A stretch of DNA of 52,600 nucleotides from the IMG/VR virus record IMGVR_UViG_3300026279_000223, positions 1 through 52,600 of that record. One strand, written 5' to 3'. The position numbers were made by a program, and so were the translations under genes. Within the stretch, counting starts at the first letter, position 1. Each line of letters opens with the position of its first letter. Below the pieces are notes generated by a model, which did no database searches, was not told the DNA's origin, and saw only the letters and a list, made by a program, of their open reading frames with translations. Below, piece by piece: positions 45,088-52,600 of the stretch. Origin of the DNA: a virus. Its lineage: Duplodnaviria > Caudoviricetes.

Positions 45088-47082
45088 TTATGCTCCTATC
45101 TCCACGTAAGTTGTTCCCGGTTGTAAAGTTATTCCATACATATGGTAACTCTCTCCTGTTTGTCCTGATAATGGTGAATCAGGTACTAGTGTAATTGTTC
45201 CACCATCTGTTGTACCAACATCACTTAATAATCCTGCACTTGCACCTGTTTTAAATGTACCAGGTTGAGACGCTGAATTTCTAACACAAAACCAAAATGC
45301 TCTAGGGTTGGAATCTGTATTGTTAACTGCTTGTACTGAAAATGTTCTTGTTTGATTTGCCAACTCATTTACTGCTGATTCAAAACCTGTAGATTCAGAA
45401 TCATCAATTATATCAGTAAGAGTTGGAGTTGTTCCAACTCCTGTTGTCCAGATCCAGAAAGACGGATATGTAAATGAGGCAGATACGTTGCTTGTTGTTG
45501 ACGACTGATCTGTCGTATATGAGGTGCCTGTTACATCAACAGGTCTTGTGAACGTACACGTATTTGAGATTGTACGAGTATCGCCTGTATTGTCTTTATG
45601 TATAGGTGATGTAAATGTAAATGTCCCACTCACATAACCGCTTCCTGAATTTGTACTCAAAGTACCACCACTTGCTGTTAAAGCATGTGAAGTGTTACTT
45701 GAATTTGATATACCACTTACGTTAGTTGAGTACGATGTACTAGCATAAGATTTTAAAAATGTTTTACCACTAACATTTGATTTAGATAAACTCATTGACG
45801 CTGTTGACCAGTTTACACTGAACGATGTATCAGAAGCTGTGTATTCTGATTCACTGCCGTCATTATGATTAAATTTAACTGTTGCACCAGCCGAACCTCC
45901 AGTACGACTAGTTGATATTGGTCTAATATATGAGTTTGAATTGTCAACAGTGAAAGTTTGATTCCAATCTACACCACCTGCTGGTGTTTGTGATTTACTT
46001 CCTGCTGAATAATTTGTTAAAGTACCGTTAACACTTCCACTTGTTTGAGTGATAGAGTAAACTGAACTTATAAAGTCTGATGTAACGTCACTAGGGTTAT
46101 CTACTGATACAGAAAATCCTGTTGCTGGTACGTCCCAATTATTTGAACTTGATGGATTTGCTGAAGCTGAAAATGAAGGAGTAAAAGTTGCTAAAGTTAA
46201 TCTTAAAAGATCACCTGAAAATTCTGCTGTTCTAATTGTAGAAGTTGTACCACCATCTGTATATCCTGTAAGTGTTCTATAATCTCCTGAAGTTGTGAAT
46301 ACTAATGGAGAACCTGAACCTGATCCTGCTGATCCTGTAAAACCAACTGCACCAACTGAACCTGTAAATCCTGCTCCTGTAGAACCAGTAAAACCAACAG
46401 CGCCATCGGCACCATCAGCGCCTGCAGCTCCGTCAGAACCTTTTGATCCTGTATAACCTAAATCTCCTTTTGATCCAACATATCCAACTGCACCTTGTGA
46501 GCCTGCATAACCACCACCTGGTCCTTGTTCACCACGTGATCCTGTAAAACCTGCTCCAGTTGATCCTGTAAAACCAACGGCGCCGGCTGTACCTGCGTCA
46601 CCTTTTGATCCTGAATATCCAATTGCACCGGCAGCTCCATCAGCACCATCTGATCCATCGGCACCGGCAACTCCTCTTGATCCTGTAAAACCAACTGCAC
46701 CGGCAGCTCCACTATCTCCTTTTGATCCTGTGTATCCTGCTCCTGTTGATCCTGTAAAACCAACTGAGCCGTCTGATCCATCAGCACCTGCTGATCCTGT
46801 GTATCCTGTTCCTACTGATCCAGTAAAACCTACTGTACCTTGATCACCTACTGATCCAGTGAAACCTGCTACACCTTGAGCACCAACTGATCCTGTATAA
46901 CCACCACCTGGTCCTTGAGCACCAACTGATCCTGTGAAACCTTGTGAGCCTGAATAACCACCTGGTGATCCAGCAGCCCCTTGTTCCCCTTTAGAACCTG
47001 TGTATCCTGAAGTACCAGCCGATCCTGTATATCCTCTGGTACCTAAACCTACACGGACTCCGGCATTCTTAATTACTGGCAT
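45088..47082 (-). CDS. Collagen-like fibre protein with Ser/Thr-rich beta C-terminal region
   Basis: About 240-aa GXY region (GFTGS, GYTGS, GAD, GSD) followed by a S/T-rich domain. Confidence 0.85.
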   Translation of the reverse strand: MPVIKNAGVRVGLGTRGYTGSAGTSGYTGSKGEQGAAGSPGGYSGSQGFTGSVGAQGPGGGYTGSVGAQGVAGFTGSVGDQGTVGFTGSVGTGYTGSAGADGSDGSVGFTGSTGAGYTGSKGDSGAAGAVGFTGSRGVAGADGSDGADGAAGAIGYSGSKGDAGTAGAVGFTGSTGAGFTGSRGEQGPGGGYAGSQGAVGYVGSKGDLGYTGSKGSDGAAGADGADGAVGFTGSTGAGFTGSVGAVGFTGSAGSGSGSPLVFTTSGDYRTLTGYTDGGTTSTIRTAEFSGDLLRLTLATFTPSFSASANPSSSNNWDVPATGFSVSVDNPSDVTSDFISSVYSITQTSGSVNGTLTNYSAGSKSQTPAGGVDWNQTFTVDNSNSYIRPISTSRTGGSAGATVKFNHNDGSESEYTASDTSFSVNWSTASMSLSKSNVSGKTFLKSYASTSYSTNVSGISNSSNTSHALTASGGTLSTNSGSGYVSGTFTFTSPIHKDNTGDTRTISNTCTFTRPVDVTGTSYTTDQSSTTSNVSASFTYPSFWIWTTGVGTTPTLTDIIDDSESTGFESAVNELANQTRTFSVQAVNNTDSNPRAFWFCVRNSASQPGTFKTGASAGLLSDVGTTDGGTITLVPDSPLSGQTGESYHMYGITLQPGTTYVEIGA

Positions 47083-47120
47083 AATGCGATATTATTCTCC
47101 CTCATATTAAAGTCCAAGCA

Positions 47121-47149
47121 TTGACTTTTTTTTCTTAATCTGTTATAGT
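47121..47149 (+). promoter_or_regulatory. Sigma70-type promoter for the glycosyltransferase pair
   Basis: TTGACT-N17-TATAGT with extended TG. Confidence 0.75.
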
Positions 47150-47150
47150 A

Positions 47151-47162
47151 TATTTATAAATA
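47151..47162. promoter_or_regulatory. Palindromic bidirectional T4 late promoter
   Basis: TATTTATAAATA reads TATAAATA on both strands (minus 47151-47158, plus 47155-47162). Confidence 0.75.
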
Positions 47163-47191
47163 ATCTGTAGTGAATTGAAGATATAAAATAA

Positions 47192-49234
47192 ATGATTTCT
47201 ATTGCATTTTTAGACATAATTGGTCTACCTTATGATGGAGACACTTTGAAGAAAAGAGGTCTTGGCGGATCCGAATCTGCGACTCTTTTAATGGCCAAAG
47301 AACTAACTAAACTAGGTTTTAATGTCACTATCTTTAATAACTGTAATCGTGATCCTTCTCTTGCAACCGAAGGCACCTATGATGGTGTACGTTATATAGA
47401 TAATACTATTTTAGATTATAAACATGATTTTAAATTTGATATTGTTATTTCTTTAAGAACAATCATTCCTTTTCTACCACCTAATCTATACAAACAGTTT
47501 CAAGAATACAATCCTCAAAGATATTCAGCAATCAAAGCTAACGCAAAACACAAAGTAGTTTGGATGCACGATACATTTGCAAACGGCGATCTTGTGTTAG
47601 AAGACCTTTTAGTACAAGGTCACATAGATGAAGTATTTACTTTATCAGATTTCCATTCAACTTACGTAATGAATTGTGATCATGGTAAAAAAAGAAATAT
47701 GGAAGTATTAAAACATAGATTTTTTCAAACAAGAAATGGAATAGTAACCTATAAAGATGAAGTTGATATAAGAAGAAAAGACCCTTACTTATATGTCTTC
47801 AATGCAGCTTTCACAAAAGGTATGGCACCTTTAGTTAACGATATATGGCCAGAAATTAAAAAAAGAATACCTGAAGCTAAATTAATATGTATTGGAGGAT
47901 TTTATGTCTTCCCAGGAAAAAAGATGGATGCTCAAGGAGAAGAATGGACAAAAATGTCCCAAGATCCAAAGAATAAAAATTTAGGTATAGAATTTACAGG
48001 TGTTATAAAACAATCTGAAATAGCAGATATATTAGAAAGAGCAAGTTTTAAATTATTTCCAGGTGCCTTTCCTGAAACATTTGGTATATCATCTTTAGAG
48101 GCAATAGCATATAATACACCTATCATCGGTACACGTTTTGGTGCTTTAGAAGAAACAGCAGTTAGTGAAGCTTGTTATATGATAGACTATGCAATAGAAC
48201 CAAATTCCTTATTTCCATTTATTCCAAAAAAGAGACAAGTAGAAAAATTTGTACAAGCCACAATAGCAGCTCATCATAATAGATATTTACACCAACAAAA
48301 ACAATATGCTTGTAATCAAATTAAAGGTGTCGTTGGTTGGGATAGTGTAGCACTACAATGGAAACAACATTTATATAGAACATTAGGAGAATATTTACCA
48401 ATAGATGAATATAGAAAAGTATCTCATATCAATCATAGAGTTAAAAAAGTATTTGGTAGAAGATTTTCAAATATAGAAGATAGTTATTTACCTAGAAAAA
48501 AAGAACAAAGAATAGTTATAATATCTCCTACTTACAATTCTGAAGCATACATACAACAATGTATTAAATCAGTTGCGACACAAGATTATGATAATTACCA
48601 TATGATTGTAATTGATGACGCCTCTACAGATAAGACATATGAGAAAGCCTGTTCCTTTGTGGAAAATTTTAGAAGTGATTTAATAACAGTAATTAAAAAT
48701 GATGAAAATAAAGGAGCTGTTAGAAATCAAATAGAGTCTATAAGAAAATATTGTAAACCAGATGACATAGTTATGTTTTTAGACGGTGATGATTCTCTTA
48801 TAAATGATAATGAGATATTTCAATTTTATAATAATCTCTATGATGGCACTACAGAATTTACTTATGGGTCATGTTATTCAATGGTAGATAGAATACCTTT
48901 AATAGCACAAAACTATCCAGAGGAAATAAAACAAAAGAAAGAATACAGAAAATACAAATTCAATTGGAATATGCCATACACACATTTAAGAACATTTAAA
49001 GCAGGACTTTTAGATGGTCTTGATGATAGTAATTTCCAAGATGGAAGTGGAGAATGGTATAAAGCTGGTGGAGACGGTTCTATATTTTATTCTCTTATAG
49101 AACAAGCTGATCCAAAGAAAGTAAAAGTTGTATCAGATATAGTATATAATTATAATGATATAAATCCTCTTAATGATTATAAAATTAACAGTGAAGTACA
49201 AACAAAAAACGCAAATAGGATAATTAACCAATGA
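47192..49234 (+). CDS. Bifunctional glycosyltransferase (GT-B/GT4-like plus GT-A/GT2)
   Basis: GLGGSE, WMHD, PETFGISSLEAIA; then ISPTYN, IDDASTD, FLDGDD. Confidence 0.9.
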   Translation: MISIAFLDIIGLPYDGDTLKKRGLGGSESATLLMAKELTKLGFNVTIFNNCNRDPSLATEGTYDGVRYIDNTILDYKHDFKFDIVISLRTIIPFLPPNLYKQFQEYNPQRYSAIKANAKHKVVWMHDTFANGDLVLEDLLVQGHIDEVFTLSDFHSTYVMNCDHGKKRNMEVLKHRFFQTRNGIVTYKDEVDIRRKDPYLYVFNAAFTKGMAPLVNDIWPEIKKRIPEAKLICIGGFYVFPGKKMDAQGEEWTKMSQDPKNKNLGIEFTGVIKQSEIADILERASFKLFPGAFPETFGISSLEAIAYNTPIIGTRFGALEETAVSEACYMIDYAIEPNSLFPFIPKKRQVEKFVQATIAAHHNRYLHQQKQYACNQIKGVVGWDSVALQWKQHLYRTLGEYLPIDEYRKVSHINHRVKKVFGRRFSNIEDSYLPRKKEQRIVIISPTYNSEAYIQQCIKSVATQDYDNYHMIVIDDASTDKTYEKACSFVENFRSDLITVIKNDENKGAVRNQIESIRKYCKPDDIVMFLDGDDSLINDNEIFQFYNNLYDGTTEFTYGSCYSMVDRIPLIAQNYPEEIKQKKEYRKYKFNWNMPYTHLRTFKAGLLDGLDDSNFQDGSGEWYKAGGDGSIFYSLIEQADPKKVKVVSDIVYNYNDINPLNDYKINSEVQTKNANRIINQ

Positions 49235-50640
49235 AAAAAATATTAATAGCCATACCAACAAACAAGTACATAGAACCAGATACATATAAAGCAATATATG
49301 ATCTAATTATTCCAGAAGGATTTAAAGTAGAGTTTCAATTCTTTTATGGATATCAAATAGACCAAATAAGAAATCTAATAGCACATTGGGGAGAACATTA
49401 TGATTATTTGTTTTCTGTAGACAGTGATATATCTTTTGATAAAGATACATTATCTAAAATGCTTGGACATGATAAAGATATAGTTTCAGGTCTTTATATT
49501 CAAAGAATACCAGGAACTCACTCATTGGAAGTTTATGAACAAATACCAAATGGTGGCTCTAGACGTATTCCATGGGAAAAAATTAAAGATCATCCTTTAG
49601 TAGAGATAGTAGCTTGTGGTATGGGTTGTGCTCTTATTAAAAGTAAAGTATTAAAGGCAGTTGGTTATCCTTATTATACTTACCATTCGGCACTAGATCA
49701 TAATAATACATTATCCGAAGATGTTGATTTCTGTAGAAAAGCAAGAGGAAAAGGATTTAAAATTTGGGCTGATACTACAATACGTTGTAAACACACAGGT
49801 AACAGTACGTTTGAAGTAGGTCAAATAATGAAAAATCGTAATATTGAAGAAATCAGACAACAAGAAAGTGTTAATCGTGTAAATGATTTAGGTCACGATA
49901 CAGCAAAATATAAAACAGAGGTTGAAGGCAAAGGTGCCAAAGATACTAGATTTATTGATAAGACTGCAAAAGCAGTTAAGAGAGTTTATCCAGGTATTGA
50001 TCCTGAAACTGGAAAATATGCATTAGAAGTAAATGAAGGAGAGAAATTTACAGGTGATAGTGTAGAGTATACTTCATTAGCCGAAGCAGTACAAAGATTA
50101 AAACATCCTATTGGTGCTAGTGTAGAACTCGGCGTTAGATTAGGATTAGGTAGTAAAACAATTATAGACGCATACAGACATTACCACCCTAAAGTTAGAT
50201 TAAATCATTTAGGTATAGACCCATATGGTAATATTGATTATGCAGCTTCTGATAGTGTATTAGCAAGAAAGTTTAACTATGATAACTTAATGAGAAAGAC
50301 AACATTAATAAACTTTGCTGAAGATTATCCAGAGTTTCATTTAGTTAACTTTGAAGATTCAGAGTTTTTTAATAGATTTCACGATGGTTATCCTGTTTAT
50401 GAAGAACATAAACATATGATATCAAAATATGAACTTGTACACTATGACGGTCCACACGATACTAAAAGTGTTTTAAAAGAGGCCGTTTTCTTTAATCAAA
50501 GAAAAGCAGATCAAACAGTTTGGATATTTGATGATATTACAGGTTTAAGGTGGGATGCTTTAGCAGGATATATGAATAAATTCCAATTTCAACTTGTCAA
50601 TAAAGGTGAAAATAAAGCTGTATTTGAATATAACGCTTAA
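49231..50640 (+). CDS. GT-A/GT2-like glycosyltransferase fused to a SAM-dependent methyltransferase
   Basis: ILIAIPT, FSVDSDI, CGMGCALIK, SEDVDFC; then VELGVRLGLGS, GIDPY, VHYDGPH, IFDD. Confidence 0.87.
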   Translation: MKKILIAIPTNKYIEPDTYKAIYDLIIPEGFKVEFQFFYGYQIDQIRNLIAHWGEHYDYLFSVDSDISFDKDTLSKMLGHDKDIVSGLYIQRIPGTHSLEVYEQIPNGGSRRIPWEKIKDHPLVEIVACGMGCALIKSKVLKAVGYPYYTYHSALDHNNTLSEDVDFCRKARGKGFKIWADTTIRCKHTGNSTFEVGQIMKNRNIEEIRQQESVNRVNDLGHDTAKYKTEVEGKGAKDTRFIDKTAKAVKRVYPGIDPETGKYALEVNEGEKFTGDSVEYTSLAEAVQRLKHPIGASVELGVRLGLGSKTIIDAYRHYHPKVRLNHLGIDPYGNIDYAASDSVLARKFNYDNLMRKTTLINFAEDYPEFHLVNFEDSEFFNRFHDGYPVYEEHKHMISKYELVHYDGPHDTKSVLKEAVFFNQRKADQTVWIFDDITGLRWDALAGYMNKFQFQLVNKGENKAVFEYNA

Positions 50641-50978
50641 AAAGCTTTTACTACAGACGGAGTTACAATAGCAATACCCTCTAATAAACGAGTAACCGAA
50701 CTATCGGTATGAGTAGCAACAACGTCAAACACCCAACGTCCAGCTGTTAATGCTTTTGTTTGATCAGCAGTTAAACTTATAGTCACTATACCATCTGTTG
50801 GATTATTTGCAACACAAGAAAACACTACTCTAGGATATGTTGTTGAATATCCTTGTGCCATCTTAGCCACCATTGTATAACCAGTAAGATCAAAATCTGT
50901 ACCGTCAGAATTTGTGACTTCTAAATCGTATGTAAAATTAGACCCTTGGTCTATCGTTAAGTTTGCTATCCCTGCCAT
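50637..50978 (-). CDS. Conserved T4-like small virion protein (Ig/BppU-like)
   Basis: ANLTIDQG, FDLTGYT, GRWVFDV, TRLLEGIAIVTPSV; TATAAATA-N5-ATG. Confidence 0.8.
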   Translation of the reverse strand: MAGIANLTIDQGSNFTYDLEVTNSDGTDFDLTGYTMVAKMAQGYSTTYPRVVFSCVANNPTDGIVTISLTADQTKALTAGRWVFDVVATHTDSSVTRLLEGIAIVTPSVVKAF

Positions 50979-50983
50979 ACATC

Positions 50984-50991
50984 TATTTATA
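50984..50991 (-). promoter_or_regulatory. T4 late promoter
   Basis: TATAAATA 5 nt before ATG 50978. Confidence 0.8.
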
Positions 50992-51000
50992 TTCGGAAAG

Positions 51001-51029
51001 TTGCCATTTTGGATTAAATGTGATACTAT
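51001..51029 (+). promoter_or_regulatory. Sigma70-type promoter for the riboswitch-btuB transcript
   Basis: TTGCCA-N17-TACTAT with extended TG, 8 nt before riboswitch P1. Confidence 0.8.
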
Positions 51030-51037
51030 ATAATAAT

Positions 51038-51139
51038 GGCCTAAAAGCGTAGTGGGAAAGTGACGTGGAATTCGTTCAGATTACTTGATACGGTTATACT
51101 CCGAATGCCACCTAGGTCATATAACGAGCAAGGAGACTC
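51038..51139 (+). ncRNA. Cobalamin riboswitch, class IIa (AdoCbl-variant, env8HyCbl-like)
   Basis: GGCCTA/TAGGTC closing stem, AGTGGGAAAG, GCCAC B12-box, loop TTATACTCC complementary to the SD hairpin GAGCAAGGAGACTC just before the ATG. Confidence 0.93.
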
Positions 51140-51140
51140 A

Positions 51141-52600
51141 ATGATAAGATTAATTCTTATGTTAATCTTGGTGTGGGCTAATGTTGCCTATTCCAAGGAT
51201 AGTGATTGTAATTGGAATGATGAGATTCCTTGTATTACAATATATCCAAATATAAACAATTCAAACGCATTAGGTGATAAGATAACACCTACACATACAA
51301 TTAAAAAATCTGAAATTGAAAAGTATAATCTAATTGATTTACCTAAAGTATTAAATTATGTTCAAGGCCTAGATATAACTCAATCAGGTTCTACAGGTCA
51401 ACAATCATCTTTATTTTTAAGAGGCACAAACTCTAATCACACATTAGTATTATTAAATGGAATACCAATCAATGATTACTCTACACCTACAGGTGCCCAT
51501 GATGTTGGTCAAGACTTTATGTTCAATGTTGTACAAATAGATGTATACAAAGGGTCACAAGGTGCTCATTGGGGAGCAGACGCTGTTGGTGGTGCAATTA
51601 ATTTTAGAACAACGGTAGATTATGATAAAAGATTAAGTTTATCAGGTAATGGTAATGATAAAACTATTAGTGGTAATTATTATACTAGATTAAATGACTT
51701 TGATATATCTGTTTCAGCAGGTGAGCATAAATCACAAAACGTTTCTGCTTTATCAGGTGCTGACGAAAAAGATGGAACAAATAATAAAACAATAGGTGTT
51801 AATGTAAGTAAATGGTATGATCTTGTACATTGGCGAACAACTTGGTTTGCAAGAAACACTTTTACTGATATAGATGGCCATAATGTTTCTATACAAGATG
51901 GTAAATGGGCAGATAATACTTTCTTTGCCTTTCAAACTGGTGTTGATTATTTAAATAACAGTTTAACTTTTCATACACACGAATATGATAGAGACTATGA
52001 CGACTCTCATTATGAAAGTGAAAACTATACTATAAGAGGTACACATCAAAAAGAAAAATATGGATTTGGTTTTGATTACAAACATAATGAATCATTAACA
52101 AGTCAACATCATAATTTAGGATACTTCTTTAATTTTTCACATAATATATTTTCATATCATCATAGGTTTGATGAAGAACACGAAACATATAAATTAGGTT
52201 TCTTTAAAGAACTAGAAGATGGTTTAAGTATAAGTGGTAGTACATCAACAAGTTATAAAGATAAAACAACATGGACTGCTATTGAATATGGAGAATCACA
52301 AGAGCTAACATTAACTAAAAACAATTTCTCAACAACCATATTTCAAAATGATATTGGCGATTTAAATACAGATGGTATAGAGTTAAGTTATGGTGAAAAA
52401 GATTTTAAAGTTTTTGCAAGTCATTTAAACAGTAAGAAAAATGATAGTATACAATTAAGAAGACCTAATTGGAGTTTTGGTTTAATGCATAACTATGACT
52501 TTAAAAACAATTGGTCTTTAACTACAAACTATAAGTGGAAAGATAAACATTTAGATGTACACAACTCTAATTGGTCAACCATATCAATGCCAGAAACTCA
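51141..52600 (+). CDS. btuB: BtuB-like TonB-dependent outer-membrane receptor, 3'-truncated; not in ORF track
   Basis: 486 open codons by my translation; signal peptide MIRLILMLILVWANVAYS; plug motifs GQQSSLFLRGTNSNHTLVLLNGIPIND and IDVYKGSQGAHWGADAVGGAINF; later LRRP. Confidence 0.9.
   Translation, partial: MIRLILMLILVWANVAYSKDSDCNWNDEIPCITIYPNINNSNALGDKITPTHTIKKSEIEKYNLIDLPKVLNYVQGLDITQSGSTGQQSSLFLRGTNSNHTLVLLNGIPINDYSTPTGAHDVGQDFMFNVVQIDVYKGSQGAHWGADAVGGAINFRTTVDYDKRLSLSGNGNDKTISGNYYTRLNDFDISVSAGEHKSQNVSALSGADEKDGTNNKTIGVNVSKWYDLVHWRTTWFARNTFTDIDGHNVSIQDGKWADNTFFAFQTGVDYLNNSLTFHTHEYDRDYDDSHYESENYTIRGTHQKEKYGFGFDYKHNESLTSQHHNLGYFFNFSHNIFSYHHRFDEEHETYKLGFFKELEDGLSISGSTSTSYKDKTTWTAIEYGESQELTLTKNNFSTTIFQNDIGDLNTDGIELSYGEKDFKVFASHLNSKKNDSIQLRRPNWSFGLMHNYDFKNNWSLTTNYKWKDKHLDVHNSNWSTISMPET

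Noticed and set aside
42641-46787. CRISPR-like array or separate ORFs in the repeated GATCC-rich region (42641..42934, 42808..43098, 46458..46787)
   Set aside because: Repeats are in-frame collagen codons without unique spacers; the alternative-frame ORFs are shadows of the repeat
51753-51935. 60-aa minus-strand ORF
   Set aside because: Antisense to the long btuB-like frame

Overview
AT-rich fragment of a T4-like marine myophage genome, read almost entirely on the minus strand. Gene content (bS21, peptide deformylase, Hsp20, peroxiredoxin, adrenodoxin-type ferredoxin, RimK, MoxR/VWA pair) and alphaproteobacterial-type regulatory motifs suggest a pelagimyophage-like (HTVC008M-like) virus; the host is an inference. 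In transcription order (right to left): collagen-like fibre genes, neck/tail/terminase/head module (gp13-gp23), a MOSC/radical-SAM/SPASM insert, gp3-uvsY-uvsW, gp55-gp47-gp46, an accessory block, and the replication module (gp45-gp44-gp62-regA-gp43). Two plus-strand islands stand out. One is a pair of multi-domain glycosyltransferases that share a palindromic, bidirectional late promoter with Ser/Thr-rich collagen-like fibre genes. The other is a class IIa cobalamin riboswitch ahead of a BtuB-like TonB-dependent receptor, truncated at the window end and absent from the ORF track. The window also holds a canonical tRNA-Thr, two tRNA-Gly genes with a shared non-canonical D/T-loop elbow, and a candidate pseudoknotted ncRNA. 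All calls come from reading motifs by eye; no searches were run.
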